Source of the DNA: an uncultured Planctomycetia bacterium
Lineage (GTDB): Bacteria > Omnitrophota > Gorgyraeia > 2-02-FULL-51-18
Reading direction: 5' to 3'
Assembly: GCA_964642015.1 (NCBI GenBank)
Contig: CAZXLF010000003.1
Coordinates: forward strand, 164,204-228,203
Length of the DNA stretch: 64,000 bases
Under the pieces are notes generated by a model. That model had not been told where the DNA came from, searched no databases, and saw only the letters and a program-made list of their open reading frames with translations. The position numbers were made by a program, and so were the translations under genes. Shown in pieces: positions 1-11,016 of the stretch; position 1 is the stretch's first letter; every line of letters begins with the position of its first letter.

Positions 1-2
1 AA

Positions 3-1781
3 ATGAAAAATCGGATAGAAATCCTATTAAAATCTCAGGCCAAAGGGCTCTGGTGCGGGACATTCCATCACATTGGAAACCGTGTGCTCCGCATGTACGC
101 AGGGCGAATGGGGCTGAGCCAAGATTTCGCGATCCTGGACGACGAAGACAGCCGTGATCTCGTTAAAGCTTGCACCAAATCTATAGGCATGAAACCAATT
201 GATAACCGCCTCCCTAAACCCGGTGTCATCCAATCGATCTTGAGTTTTTCAGCGAATTCAAAACAGACCATCGCGCAAGTGGTGACCCATAATTACTCGT
301 ATCTTTCGCAATACATCAAAGATTTTGAAAAAACTAAATCATTATATGAGGAAAAAAAGAACAAAACCAATCACCTGGATTATGATGATCTTCTTCTGCG
401 ATGGATCGAGCTTTTAAAGATATCGGAAGAAACAAGAGAACGTCTTACGACACAATTTCGTTATTGTCTCGTCGATGAATATCAGGACACCAACCGCCTA
501 CAGCATGAAGTGATACAAATTCTTTCAAGTCGCCACAAAAATATTCTGGTGGTCGGAGATGATGCGCAGTCGATCTATTCCTTTCGCGGAGCCGAGATCA
601 AAAACATTCTAGAGTTTCCCGAACAATACGAAAACACCAAACTCTTTAAGCTCGAAACCAATTACCGCTCAACACGCTCGATCCTGAACTTGGCCAACGA
701 AAGCATCAAGCATAACGTCCACCAATTCCCCAAAACACTGAAAAGCGTGCAGGGGCCCGGCTCACCGCCGCAATTCGTTAAGGTCCGCGACAGCCGTCAG
801 GAAGCGCGGTTCGTAGTCCAGCGCATTTCTGAGCTAAAAGAATCGGGCATTGAGCTTTCTCAAATAGCGGTCCTTTTCAGAGCGCATTATCAGGCCGCAG
901 AACTTGAAATGGAGCTCGCAAAACAAGGTATTCCTTATATTATCCGGGGAGGGATACGTTTTTTTGAGCAGGCGCATATCAAGGATGTGCTGTCATTCCT
1001 GAAGATCTTGATCAATCCTTTGGATGAACTTTCATGGAATCGGGCATTGACGCTTCAGCCAGGAATAGGGATGGGCTACGCTCAAAAAATATTCCAGCTC
1101 GTGGAGAAAGAATCGGCTGATCTTCAAAAAGTTCTGTCTCCGCGTTTCGGTGAGCATCTGCCATTCAAAGTGAAAGAAGGATTCTTGCGTTTCAAATCGG
1201 TGCTCAAACCCCTCACAAAAGAAGGGCTCCTGGATCATCCTGATACGCTGATCGAAGAGATCTTGGATAAAGGCTATAATAAGCATGTGTTAATGAATTT
1301 CGAGAATGCTAAGGACCGGCTGGAGGACCTTAGAGAACTCGTCAACTTTGCCCATACTTACCCTAATCTCAAAGATTTTCTGGTCGATGTGACGCTCAGG
1401 GAAGGTTTTAAAGGTGAGAGCTTGGTGCAGGGAAGCGAGGGGGAGGAAAATACCGAAGAGCTCATACTATCAACGATCCATCAAGCCAAGGGCCTCGAAT
1501 GGCGCGCCGTATTTGTGATCCGGCTCTCAGAAGGACAATTTCCTCATGCCAAATCTTCTGAGAACGAAGAAGAACTCGAAGAGGAGCGGCGGCTTTTTTA
1601 CGTGGCCTCGACACGAGCTAAAGAAGAACTGGTGCTGACACATCCGATGACGCGCTATGATTATTCTGCGGGAACCGTGATCAGCCGGCCCTCAATTTTT
1701 ATTGCCGAACTTTCCTCGAATGTTTATGATGATGTGGAGGTTGAGGAAAGCGAGCAGGAAGAAACGATCTATCTGGATTAA
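3..1781 (+). CDS. UvrD/PcrA/Rep family SF1A DNA helicase (5' part, including Walker A, probably lies upstream of the window)
   Basis: Motifs TFHH, VDEYQDTN, VGDDAQSIYSFRGA, LETNYRS, STIHQAKGLEW, EERRLFYVASTRA; motif I is absent, so the gene is truncated by the window edge. Confidence 0.93.
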   Translation: MKNRIEILLKSQAKGLWCGTFHHIGNRVLRMYAGRMGLSQDFAILDDEDSRDLVKACTKSIGMKPIDNRLPKPGVIQSILSFSANSKQTIAQVVTHNYSYLSQYIKDFEKTKSLYEEKKNKTNHLDYDDLLLRWIELLKISEETRERLTTQFRYCLVDEYQDTNRLQHEVIQILSSRHKNILVVGDDAQSIYSFRGAEIKNILEFPEQYENTKLFKLETNYRSTRSILNLANESIKHNVHQFPKTLKSVQGPGSPPQFVKVRDSRQEARFVVQRISELKESGIELSQIAVLFRAHYQAAELEMELAKQGIPYIIRGGIRFFEQAHIKDVLSFLKILINPLDELSWNRALTLQPGIGMGYAQKIFQLVEKESADLQKVLSPRFGEHLPFKVKEGFLRFKSVLKPLTKEGLLDHPDTLIEEILDKGYNKHVLMNFENAKDRLEDLRELVNFAHTYPNLKDFLVDVTLREGFKGESLVQGSEGEENTEELILSTIHQAKGLEWRAVFVIRLSEGQFPHAKSSENEEELEEERRLFYVASTRAKEELVLTHPMTRYDYSAGTVISRPSIFIAELSSNVYDDVEVEESEQEETIYLD

Positions 1782-1794
1782 TAATAAATTTGAA

Positions 1795-3042
1795 ATGAAA
1801 AAATACGCATTGCTGACCGTTTTTATAGTCGTTCTGATCGATCTGATGGGTTTTGGCATCGTTCTGCCGCTTCTGCCTTTTTACGCATCAAAGTTCAATG
1901 CCTCCGCGGTCTCCATCGGCCTCCTTTACAGTATCTATTCCTTGGCACAGCTCATCTTTTCTCCAATATGGGGCAGTTTTTCTGACAAAGTAGGACGCCG
2001 TCCGGTGATGCTGCTGAGCACTTTCGGTGCTATGTGCGCTTATCTTTTATTTGCTTTTTCAAATTCGCTGGCCGTACTTTTCTTATCGCGGCTTATTGCA
2101 GGGGTCATGGGAGGGAATATTTCTACGGCGCAAGCTTATGTTGCTGACGTTACGGAGCACAAAGATCGGGCCAAGGGCATGGGAATGATCGGTGCCGCGT
2201 TCGGGATCGGTTTTGTGATTGGGCCGGCGCTTGCCACGTTTCTGATCCATCCGGCATTTCACCGCCTTTTTGATCATATGGGATTCACTTCGCTTTCAAA
2301 CCTGATCGACCAAAATAAATACGCGATCCCAGGGCTTGTGGCGTCCGCTTTCTCGCTATTGAGTTTTATTTTGGTGCTGTTCAAACTGCCCGAAAGTTTG
2401 GACAAAAAACTGCTCAACGACAACGAGCGCGTGATGCGCGCCAGCATTTTCAGTCGAAAATTCTGGAAAGCTCTGACTGAACAAAAAACAACGTCAGGAA
2501 AAAACGTTCTTTTTCTTCTCATGCTTTGCATGCTGCTGCTTTCGTTCGGACAATCCAGTCTTTACAGCGCTTTTCCTCTTTTTTGCAAAAAAATATTCGA
2601 CCTGTCCGCACAAAAAGTCGGTATGCAATTCGTTTATATGGGTTTGACCGCGGTTCTGATCCAGGGCGGGATGATACGGCCGCTTGAAAAAAAGTTCGGT
2701 GAAAAAAAGCTTTTTATAGTTGGCAGTATTTTAATGGTCGCCGGACTTGCGCTGATCCCTTTTGCGGGCTCAACAAAAATAATGACCGCCTACCTATTAT
2801 TAATGACGGTGGGGGCGAGTCTCAACGGCCCGACACTTACCAGTCTGATCTCCAAGCAATCCGACCCATCCAAGATCGGATCGACAATGGGAACATCGCA
2901 GGGTTTTTCCGCCCTCGGACGCGTCATAGGCCCGACGTGGGGAGGGGCGTTATTCGGGATCTCTTATAAATTTCCTTTTATTTTTACCGCCGCGCTTATC
3001 TTGATCACGATCTTTGTCGGCGCTGGCCTTGAAAATCAATGA
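1795..3042 (+). CDS. MFS transporter, DHA1/TetA-like drug:H+ antiporter
   Basis: About 12 hydrophobic segments, motif A (SDKVGRRPV), antiporter motif C (GAAFGIGFVIGP); start moved to ATG 1795 just after the helicase stop. Confidence 0.88.
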   Translation: MKKYALLTVFIVVLIDLMGFGIVLPLLPFYASKFNASAVSIGLLYSIYSLAQLIFSPIWGSFSDKVGRRPVMLLSTFGAMCAYLLFAFSNSLAVLFLSRLIAGVMGGNISTAQAYVADVTEHKDRAKGMGMIGAAFGIGFVIGPALATFLIHPAFHRLFDHMGFTSLSNLIDQNKYAIPGLVASAFSLLSFILVLFKLPESLDKKLLNDNERVMRASIFSRKFWKALTEQKTTSGKNVLFLLMLCMLLLSFGQSSLYSAFPLFCKKIFDLSAQKVGMQFVYMGLTAVLIQGGMIRPLEKKFGEKKLFIVGSILMVAGLALIPFAGSTKIMTAYLLLMTVGASLNGPTLTSLISKQSDPSKIGSTMGTSQGFSALGRVIGPTWGGALFGISYKFPFIFTAALILITIFVGAGLENQ

Positions 3043-3902
3043 CCTCGTCCGAACCCGCGCCTAATTCCGGAAGAAAATTATTTTTTGGGCTTTTTATATT
3101 TCCGCTTCTGATCGCTGTGGGTATGGCTATTCTTCTTTGTTCAGTCGTTCTTTTGACAACTGAAAAAGAGACGCCCGAATCTCTCATCATGGCCATCAAA
3201 ACCGGCGCCTCGGGCAAACGCTGGCAAAAGGCATTTGAGCTTTCCAACGAACTCAATAAAAACTCAGCAGGAATAGGGAAAGAGTCTGTGCTGAAAGAAA
3301 TCATCCACATCTTCCAAGACCCGACGCATTATGATCCCAAAACACGGGCCTATATGGCTATCGCGCTCAGTCATTTTAATGATCCACGATCGATCGAGGC
3401 GCTGACACAATCGTTAAAAAACAACGATGCCGAAACACAGATCTATATTTTATGGGCACTCGGATCGCTGAAGGCTAAGACCGCTGTCGATGATTGCGCA
3501 ACTTTTCTTAAAAATGATAATCCCGAACTCAGAAAGGTCAGCGCTTACGTACTTGGCGTGATCGGTGATAAAAAAACAATTGATCCGTTAAGATCTCTTT
3601 TAAACGATCCGATTTCGGATGTGAGATGGAATGCAGCGTTAAGCCTCGCGCGGCTCGGTGACGACTCAGGATCAGACGCGATCGTCAAAATGCTTGATCG
3701 AAAATCCTTGTCGCAAGAAAATAACTTGACGGACGACCAGGTCGAAACCATCATGATCAACGCCGTGAAAGGATTAACCTTGATTGCGAAGCCGGATTCT
3801 ATTAAAATCCTACAAGAACTTTCGCGGAATGATAAGAGTTTGAAGGTAAGACAAGCAGCGATTCAATCTTTGGAAATATTAAATAGAAAGTCGAGTCAAT
3901 GA
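3039..3902 (+). CDS. Membrane-anchored HEAT/PBS-repeat protein
   Basis: N-terminal TM helix, then repeats such as VRWNAALSLARLGD and LRKVSAYVLGVIGD; ATGA overlaps with both neighbours. Confidence 0.8.
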   Translation: MTSSEPAPNSGRKLFFGLFIFPLLIAVGMAILLCSVVLLTTEKETPESLIMAIKTGASGKRWQKAFELSNELNKNSAGIGKESVLKEIIHIFQDPTHYDPKTRAYMAIALSHFNDPRSIEALTQSLKNNDAETQIYILWALGSLKAKTAVDDCATFLKNDNPELRKVSAYVLGVIGDKKTIDPLRSLLNDPISDVRWNAALSLARLGDDSGSDAIVKMLDRKSLSQENNLTDDQVETIMINAVKGLTLIAKPDSIKILQELSRNDKSLKVRQAAIQSLEILNRKSSQ

Positions 3903-4492
3903 GCGATATTCCACCCGTCAATAACCAACCAGCGGCCAGTCCCGCACCTGCAGCTGCCCCTTCAGCAGCAAAACCTATTGCTTCCGTGATCCAAGGCGGT
4001 CAGGAAAAAATAGACAGACGCACATTTCTTTCATGGTTTGGATTGGCGTGGGTGAGTTTTGCGGCGGCGACCGGCGGTGCACTGTCGATCGTGCTGCGTT
4101 ATCTTTTTCCCAACGTTGTTTTTGAACCGCCCACATCTTTTAAAGCGGGATTTCCGGCGGATTATGAGATCGGAAAAGTGGACGAGCGCTGGAAAGAAAA
4201 ATTCGGCGTCTGGCTTGTTAAAACCGCCGAAGGTATGTATGCGCTTTCAACGACCTGCACGCACCTGGGGTGCACTCCCAACTGGCTAAGCGGCGAAAAT
4301 AAATTCAAATGCCCATGTCACGGCAGCGGATTTTATAAGACCGGCATCAATTTTGAAGGTCCGGCACCAAGACCGCTTGAGCGTTACCGTATCAGCCTTG
4401 CAGAAGACGGACAAATAATGATCGATAAAAGTAAAAAATTTCAACAGGAAAAAGGGGAGTGGAACAACCCCGAATCCTTTCTGAGCTTATAG
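3899..4492 (+). CDS. Rieske 2Fe-2S subunit of a quinol:cytochrome c reductase (bc/b6f-type)
   Basis: Tat motif RRTFL plus TM helix; Rieske boxes CTHLGC and CPCHGS; GPAPRPL. Confidence 0.95.
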   Translation: MSDIPPVNNQPAASPAPAAAPSAAKPIASVIQGGQEKIDRRTFLSWFGLAWVSFAAATGGALSIVLRYLFPNVVFEPPTSFKAGFPADYEIGKVDERWKEKFGVWLVKTAEGMYALSTTCTHLGCTPNWLSGENKFKCPCHGSGFYKTGINFEGPAPRPLERYRISLAEDGQIMIDKSKKFQQEKGEWNNPESFLSL

Positions 4493-4508
4493 GAGAGAAT
4501 GAATATCG

Positions 4509-5309
4509 ATGCCGGAAACTGAGCCAAAGAAAAAATTCGATCTCGGAAAATATATCACGGAGTCCCAGATCTATAAATCCATGTTCCGTCATGGATATTC
4601 CACTTCAGACCGCGACCGCGCATTGTCCGTGATGACGAACGTGTTTTTTCATCTGCATCCGGTCAAAGTGAGAAAATCGGGTGCGCGATTCGGGTTCACC
4701 TGGTGCGCCGGCGGTTTATCCTTCTTTGTTTTTTTGACGTTGGTTGTCAGCGGAATTCTTTTGATGTTTTATTACCGACCGACCGTTGAATACGCTTATA
4801 ACGATATTATCGCATTAAGAGAGCATGTGCCGTTCGGAATCATGAGAGAACTCCACCGTTGGGGAGCGCACGCGATGATCATCACGGTTTGGCTTCATAT
4901 GTTCCGTGTGTTCATGACCGGCTCTTATAAACCTCCGCGTGAATTCAACTGGGTGATCGGCGTGATCCTTTTGGTTTTAACCATGCTTCTAAGTTTTACA
5001 GGTTACCTCTTGCCATGGGATCAGTTGGCGATGTGGGCGATCACTGTCGGGAGCAATATGGCCCGCGCAACGCCGTTTTTGGGGCACGAAGGTCCAGGAG
5101 CCGCACTCTTGTCGCTGGGTGATATTCAATTAGTCACCTCGGGAAGCGATGTCCGTTTTGCTCTATTAGGAGGAAGATTCGTGGGCGCCGGGGCATTATT
5201 GAGGTTTTATATTTTACATTGCGTCGCAATTCCCACAGTAGTGGTTGTTTTGATGTCGATACATTTTTGGCGTATCCGGAAAGACGGCGGAATTAGCGGC
5301 CCGTTATAA
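4509..5309 (+). CDS. Cytochrome b6-like N-terminal subunit of a split cytochrome b
   Basis: WCAGG (heme ci Cys), [35 protein letters not shown]...[15 protein letters not shown]. Confidence 0.93.
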   Translation: MPETEPKKKFDLGKYITESQIYKSMFRHGYSTSDRDRALSVMTNVFFHLHPVKVRKSGARFGFTWCAGGLSFFVFLTLVVSGILLMFYYRPTVEYAYNDIIALREHVPFGIMRELHRWGAHAMIITVWLHMFRVFMTGSYKPPREFNWVIGVILLVLTMLLSFTGYLLPWDQLAMWAITVGSNMARATPFLGHEGPGAALLSLGDIQLVTSGSDVRFALLGGRFVGAGALLRFYILHCVAIPTVVVVLMSIHFWRIRKDGGISGPL

Positions 5310-5312
5310 TCA

Positions 5313-6395
5313 ATGATCGAAGCGTTCAAACAATTCGTTAATTCCATCTCATCGCCGGTCACTATCTTCACATCGGCGGCCATCATCTTTTTTCTTTTTG
5401 TCACATTTCCCAGACAAGCCACATCCAAAGGAGTAAGCCTGCTCTTATTGGCGCTCGTGCTTGGGTTCATTGGCATAGGCCTTACCGATGAGCATTTCCG
5501 TAATATCATCAGTACACCGGACAACGTCCCCATCGTCGGACTTATCTTCATCTTTGGTTACTTCACTTGGTATGCAATGAAAAAAGCGGTGGAGAATGAC
5601 AAGCGCATTGAAAAAGGCGAACCGACCGTAGAGCAGGTCGAGACTAATGATAAAGTATTGGTGTTTCCTTACTTGATATTCATTGAATTCGTGATCGCTC
5701 TGGCTTATGCGGTCGCGCTGGTTTTGTGGTCAATATTTTTAAAAGCACCCCTTGAAGAACCGGCCAACCCGACCGTTTCTCCCAACCCGAGCAAAGCGCC
5801 GTGGTATTTCCTTGGTCTTCAGGAAATGCTGGTTTATTTTGATCCATGGATTGCGGGCGTACTTTTACCAACCTTCATTATATTAGGGTTGTGCGCGATC
5901 CCTTATATTGATCGAGACCCATCGACGTCGGGTTATTATTCGTTCAAAGGCCGGAAAGGTGTCATTACAACGTATTTATTTGGATTCTGGATACTGTGGA
6001 TCCTCTTGATCATCATGGGCACATTCTTAAGAGGTCCCAACTGGAACTTTTTTGGGCCTTTTGAGGTCTGGGATGTACACAAAGTCGTGCCTTTGGTGAA
6101 CGTGAATCTGTCAGAAATCATTTTCATCAAATGGCTGGGCATGGGCTTGCCTAAACAGTGGTTCATTCGCGAAGCGCCAGGAATTATCCTTGTAGGAGCA
6201 TATCTGGTCATCCCGCAATTCATCGCGGCCAAAACGATATTTAAGGATCTCTATAAAAAAACGGGCCCGGCGCGTTATAGCGTGTTGGCGCTTTTACTTC
6301 TGATGATGCTAGCGCTTCCAATAAAAATGTACCTGCGTTGGGCATTCAATTTAAAATACCTCGTGGCCATTCCCGAATTTTTCTTTAATATCTGA
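5313..6395 (+). CDS. Cytochrome b C-terminal subunit (subunit IV-like) with extra TM helices
   Basis: APLEEPANP...PNPSKAPWYFLGLQE (PEWY-equivalent), PYID; highly hydrophobic. Confidence 0.85.
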   Translation: MIEAFKQFVNSISSPVTIFTSAAIIFFLFVTFPRQATSKGVSLLLLALVLGFIGIGLTDEHFRNIISTPDNVPIVGLIFIFGYFTWYAMKKAVENDKRIEKGEPTVEQVETNDKVLVFPYLIFIEFVIALAYAVALVLWSIFLKAPLEEPANPTVSPNPSKAPWYFLGLQEMLVYFDPWIAGVLLPTFIILGLCAIPYIDRDPSTSGYYSFKGRKGVITTYLFGFWILWILLIIMGTFLRGPNWNFFGPFEVWDVHKVVPLVNVNLSEIIFIKWLGMGLPKQWFIREAPGIILVGAYLVIPQFIAAKTIFKDLYKKTGPARYSVLALLLLMMLALPIKMYLRWAFNLKYLVAIPEFFFNI

Positions 6396-6398
6396 TCC

Positions 6399-9254
6399 AT
6401 GGCAAAGAAAAATCCCTCCCTTTACAGCGTTTCCAAGACCTTTGTCTGGTTCGCGATCGTAAGCATCATCCTGACGGGAAGTCTTGCGGCTGTTGTGATG
6501 CTGGATTACGAAAGAGATTGGAAGAATTGGCAAAAAAAATTCATTGCGCTCAAGACCCAAAAAACCAAGGAGGATCTGAAGCAAGCAGATCAAAACATCG
6601 ACAAACAAAAATTAGAGGATCTGAAGAAACAATATTCCGAAGCGGATACTGCGGTAAAAGCGCATCATGCGGAATATCAAAAATTACAAAGCCAGATCGA
6701 ATCTTTAAATACCAAAGCCGTCAAGGTCCGCTCGCAATATCAAAACCTGAAACAGTTTCAAGACTCTTATAAATATTTCTTTGAGGAATACTCCGATCAT
6801 AAAGACAAGCGCGCAGCTGACTACCGTAAAAAACTGGATGAAATAGATCCGAAGGTGGCCCAAGCAAAACTGGACCTCGATGCCGCTGAGAAAGAAAAGG
6901 AAACCGCGGAGGCGCGGTCCCAGGAATTCCTCTCGAAAGAGAAAGCGCTCCAAAAAGATATCGATAAGATCCTTGATGAAAAAAACCGCCTTGAGAAAAA
7001 ACTAGCTAAATTAAAACCGAGTGTTGTGACCGACATTTTGAACGCACCGATGCTCGATTTTATCGCGCCGACCCTTAAGATCCAGCAGGTAGTGCTTGAA
7101 GATATTCAGGACGACTACCATTTTGCGAAAGTTCCCAAGGTGGACCGTTGCACGACATGCCATTTGGGTATCGATCAAAAAGGCTACGAGAATGCTCCGC
7201 AGCCCTTTCGCACGCATCCCAAACTGGATCTTTATTTAGCGTCGAGTTCTCCGCATCCAGTCGAAAAATTCGGCTGCACGGTTTGCCATGACGGCAGCGG
7301 GCATTCCGTAGACTTTACGGATTCAGCCCATACGCCACGTGACCAGAAGCAGGCCGAGGAGTGGCAAAAAAAATACCGTTGGCACCCGCTTGAAAAATGG
7401 GACCACAAAATGCTTCCTTTGAATCACGTCGAAGCCTCCTGTACAAAATGCCATATGGCCGTCGTTGAGATCCCGCAAGCTGAAAAACTGAACCGCGGCC
7501 GCAAACTTGCTGAAACTTATGGGTGTTTCAATTGCCACAAAATCAGCGGCTTTGAAAACCGCTGGAAGGTCGGTCCCAGCCTGGAAAACGTTGGCAGCAA
7601 ACTAAACGAAGATTGGATCGTCCGTTGGGTCTCGGACCCGCAAAGTTTCAGGCCGTCAACGAAAATGCCCAAGATCTTCAACCTTTCAAACACTTCATCA
7701 CCTGAAGACAAGGATCGAAATGACGCGGCTATAAAAGGTATCGCTGCTTATCTGATGAAAAATTCTGGAACGGCCGATCTTTTAACTCTGCCGAAAGAGG
7801 GTAATGCAGAGCGCGGTGAAAAAGTGATCAAGGAAATAGGGTGCACAGGCTGTCATACCGTCGCTGGCATTAGTGCCAATAATTTCGGCCCTGAGCTTTC
7901 CGGCCTCGGTAGTAAAGTAAAAAAAGAGTGGCTCTATACGTGGATCAAGGATCCAAAACATTTCTCTAAGGATACAAGGATGCCGAATCTGCGTGTCAGT
8001 GACGAAGATGCCGCGGATATTGTGAGTTTCCTGATGAGCCAAAAGAATACGGATTTTGAAGCCAAGCCGCTTCCGGAGGCAAAACCGGCCGTTGTCGATG
8101 AAATGTTGTTGAGTTCTATGCAAGGAACCATGAGACGCTCGGAAGCCGAGGCAGAATTGGCCAAGATGGGTCCGCAGGAAAGATTGGAGCTTCTTGGCAA
8201 AAAATCTATCGCATACCAAGGCTGTTTTACATGTCACGCCATTAAAGGTTTTGAGGACGCTAAGCCGATCGGTGCCGAACTTACAAACGAAGGACAAAAA
8301 GACATTCATCAATTCGATTTCGGATTTGCGGAGATCGAGCATACCCGTCAAGGGTTCATTGCGCAAAAATTGAAGGAGCCCCGCATTTTCGATAACGGCA
8401 AAGTAAAAGCTTACTACGAAAAACTTCGTATGCCTCAATTCCATTTCACCGATCAAGAGATCGATGATTTGACAACTTTTGTATTAAGTCTTTCGGAATC
8501 ACATATGCCCCTTGAGATGCAAAAACGTCTCGATTCGAAGGATGTCCGTATCGAGAAAGGGCGCCTACTGGTCTCGAAATTGAATTGCAACGGATGCCAT
8601 GAATTAGACGGCAAGAAAGGGGCGCTCAGGGAATTAGCGGATGATAAAGGTTCCGCTCCACCGATCCTTGATGGGGAAGGGGCAAAAGTACGTCAGGAGT
8701 GGTTATATCACTTCTTGAAGAATCCTACCACTATCAGACCGTGGCTTAAGTATCACATGCCCACATTTAATCTTTCTGATGAAGATGTGACAGCGCTCGT
8801 CGAGTATTTCTCTGAACTAGCCAAGCAAGAGGCTACATTCAGGGATCAAGAGCTGCCTGAGACGAGCACTGAAAAATTAGCGGTCGGAAAAGTATTATTT
8901 GATAAATTTCAGTGCACAAAGTGTCATCAAGTCAACAAGGAAAGTGCCGCCATGGGCACTTCGTTTCTCGCTCCTGACCTGACAATGGCTAAACAACGGC
9001 TAAAACCTCACTGGGTCAAGGAATGGCTCAGCGATCCTCAAAAGCTTCAAGAGGGAACAATGATGCCTACGTTCTTTGCCGACGGCCAAACACCTGTCAC
9101 AGATGTCCTGGGAGGGGATGCCAACCAACAGATCGAGGCGATCCGCGACTACCTGTATACCTACGGAACAACCGCCTCTCCTTCCGCGCCAACTCCAGCC
9201 TCCGAAAGCAAGCCCAAAGAGGATAAGGATACCAAAAATACTATTGCCAAATAG
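6399..9254 (+). CDS. Membrane-anchored multiheme cytochrome c with 8 CxxCH motifs and a coiled-coil stalk
   Basis: CTTCH, CTVCH, CTKCH, CFNCH, CTGCH, CFTCH, CNGCH, CTKCH; repeated W..P....P...MP class I distal Met motifs; N-terminal TM helix. Confidence 0.92.
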   Translation: MAKKNPSLYSVSKTFVWFAIVSIILTGSLAAVVMLDYERDWKNWQKKFIALKTQKTKEDLKQADQNIDKQKLEDLKKQYSEADTAVKAHHAEYQKLQSQIESLNTKAVKVRSQYQNLKQFQDSYKYFFEEYSDHKDKRAADYRKKLDEIDPKVAQAKLDLDAAEKEKETAEARSQEFLSKEKALQKDIDKILDEKNRLEKKLAKLKPSVVTDILNAPMLDFIAPTLKIQQVVLEDIQDDYHFAKVPKVDRCTTCHLGIDQKGYENAPQPFRTHPKLDLYLASSSPHPVEKFGCTVCHDGSGHSVDFTDSAHTPRDQKQAEEWQKKYRWHPLEKWDHKMLPLNHVEASCTKCHMAVVEIPQAEKLNRGRKLAETYGCFNCHKISGFENRWKVGPSLENVGSKLNEDWIVRWVSDPQSFRPSTKMPKIFNLSNTSSPEDKDRNDAAIKGIAAYLMKNSGTADLLTLPKEGNAERGEKVIKEIGCTGCHTVAGISANNFGPELSGLGSKVKKEWLYTWIKDPKHFSKDTRMPNLRVSDEDAADIVSFLMSQKNTDFEAKPLPEAKPAVVDEMLLSSMQGTMRRSEAEAELAKMGPQERLELLGKKSIAYQGCFTCHAIKGFEDAKPIGAELTNEGQKDIHQFDFGFAEIEHTRQGFIAQKLKEPRIFDNGKVKAYYEKLRMPQFHFTDQEIDDLTTFVLSLSESHMPLEMQKRLDSKDVRIEKGRLLVSKLNCNGCHELDGKKGALRELADDKGSAPPILDGEGAKVRQEWLYHFLKNPTTIRPWLKYHMPTFNLSDEDVTALVEYFSELAKQEATFRDQELPETSTEKLAVGKVLFDKFQCTKCHQVNKESAAMGTSFLAPDLTMAKQRLKPHWVKEWLSDPQKLQEGTMMPTFFADGQTPVTDVLGGDANQQIEAIRDYLYTYGTTASPSAPTPASESKPKEDKDTKNTIAK

Positions 9255-9358
9255 GTAGTTGCCCGCTATAATCATTACTTAAATTTTTGGGCTTTATTTT
9301 TTCACATATTAATTAAAATCTTTTCCGAACTTTTAGAAATATCAACCAGGAGACTTTT

Positions 9359-10066
9359 ATGAAACTCAAACAAAACGTAATGATATTTGCTATTGCATGC
9401 TTTATTATCGCGGGGTCTGCAGTCAATTCTCAGGCCGCGATCCTAACAATCAAAGCGCCTTTTACCGGCCAGGCACCTGTCGCCGAAAAGATCAAGACCG
9501 ACGCCGATCCCAAGTGCAAAATGGTCCACCCGGATGGGATCACTCCGGACGACGTGATCGTTAATTCCAACGGAACCTTGAAAAATGTATTCGTATACGT
9601 CAAAGACGGTTTGGCAGGCAAAACATTCGAAGCGCCGAAAACACCGGTTACATTCGATCAAAACGGTTGCCAATATAATCCAAAAGTATTTGGCATCCAA
9701 GTCAACCAGCCGCTTGAAATCGTCAACAGCGACGATACGCTGCACAATGTTCACGCGCTTCCGAACAACAGTCCCCAATTCAACCTCGGAATGCCCATCA
9801 AAGGGATGAAAATGAAAAAATCCTTCACGAAACCTGAGGTTATGGTCAAGATCAAATGCGAAGTCCATCCATGGATGAGAGCGTATGCAGGCGTCGTCGA
9901 CAATCCTTTCTACGGCGTTACCGGTGATGACGGTTTGGCTCAGATCAAAGATCTGCCTCCGGGAGAATACACGATCGAAGCGTGGCACGAAAAATACGGC
10001 ACCCAGACACAAAAAGTCACCGTGACCGATAAAGACCAGGAAATTTCTTTCGCGTTCAAGAGCTAA
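9359..10066 (+). CDS. Secreted protein with cupredoxin-like insert and carboxypeptidase-regulatory-like domain
   Basis: Signal peptide; DQNGC, LHNVH and CEVHPWM (type 1 Cu-like ligands); PPGEYTIEAWHE; SD AGGAG. Confidence 0.75.
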   Translation: MKLKQNVMIFAIACFIIAGSAVNSQAAILTIKAPFTGQAPVAEKIKTDADPKCKMVHPDGITPDDVIVNSNGTLKNVFVYVKDGLAGKTFEAPKTPVTFDQNGCQYNPKVFGIQVNQPLEIVNSDDTLHNVHALPNNSPQFNLGMPIKGMKMKKSFTKPEVMVKIKCEVHPWMRAYAGVVDNPFYGVTGDDGLAQIKDLPPGEYTIEAWHEKYGTQTQKVTVTDKDQEISFAFKS

Positions 10067-10091
10067 GACTCAAACATTCCGCAACAATCCA

Positions 10092-10130
10092 TGCCCCGCT
10101 CAAGGCGTCTCAAAATGCCAGGGCGGGGCA
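10092..10130 (+). terminator. GC-rich stem-loop after the cupredoxin-like gene (no U-tract; weak terminator or mRNA-stability hairpin)
   Basis: TGCCCCGCT ... GGGCGGGGCA inverted repeat. Confidence 0.45.
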
Positions 10131-10152
10131 AACAATTTAAGGGATCTAAATA

Positions 10153-11016
10153 GTGTCCGGTAAAGCTGTCCATCAATTCTCTAAAATTGTCTCGCTAGCC
10201 ACATTTTTTCTGATCATTGCCGGCGGACTCGTGACAAGCACAGGCTCGGGGTTATCCGTGCCCGACTGGCCCCTTTCTTACGGACAGGTTTTTCCGCCGA
10301 TGATCGGTGGTATTCGTTTTGAGCATTCCCACCGAGTTATCGCAGGATTCGTCGGCATCCTTACGCTGATACTCATGATATTGATCCTGATCCAAGACAA
10401 AAGGGTTCTCATAAGAATTCTCGGTATATCAGCTTTTGTCACCATTATCTTGCAAGCCGTATTAGGCGGGCTTACGGTCATTTATTTACTTCCTACGTTC
10501 ATATCAGCCTTTCATGCCTGCCTGGGCCAAACTTTATTCTGTCTCGTTGTATCGATCGCTTTATTTACCTCAGATGGCTGGTCTCAAGATAGCCCTATTT
10601 CGGCAAACAGGGCAGGATCTTTGCAAAGACTTCTGATTGTGACGACTATTTTCATCTATTGCCAGCTTATCGCCGGATCTATCATCCGCCATAGCGCAGG
10701 CGTTACGATCAAATACCATCTCATCTTGGCACTTCTTATCGCCATGCACGTGCTTTTTATTTTTTTTGAAATCGCGCGGGAAGACGCTCTTAGAAAAATA
10801 CTGCTCCCACACTCAGCGCTTTTGTGTTTACTCGTTATGCTTCAGTTATTTCTTGGATTTGGATCATATCTATACATCAGGGTCTTACCGCATTCAGCTC
10901 AATCCACTTTTTCTGAGATCGCCGTGAGAACAGCTCACCAAAGCGTCGGCGCTCTAATTCTGGCTACGGCATTTACTCTCACTCTGCGCAGCATGAAATT
11001 CGTTAAAAGCGCGTGA
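10153..11016 (+). CDS. ctaA: Heme A synthase (COX15/CtaA family)
   Basis: GGLVTSTGSGLSVPDWP, EHSHR, further conserved His in TM helices; about 8 TM helices; GTG start. Confidence 0.88.
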   Translation: MSGKAVHQFSKIVSLATFFLIIAGGLVTSTGSGLSVPDWPLSYGQVFPPMIGGIRFEHSHRVIAGFVGILTLILMILILIQDKRVLIRILGISAFVTIILQAVLGGLTVIYLLPTFISAFHACLGQTLFCLVVSIALFTSDGWSQDSPISANRAGSLQRLLIVTTIFIYCQLIAGSIIRHSAGVTIKYHLILALLIAMHVLFIFFEIAREDALRKILLPHSALLCLLVMLQLFLGFGSYLYIRVLPHSAQSTFSEIAVRTAHQSVGALILATAFTLTLRSMKFVKSA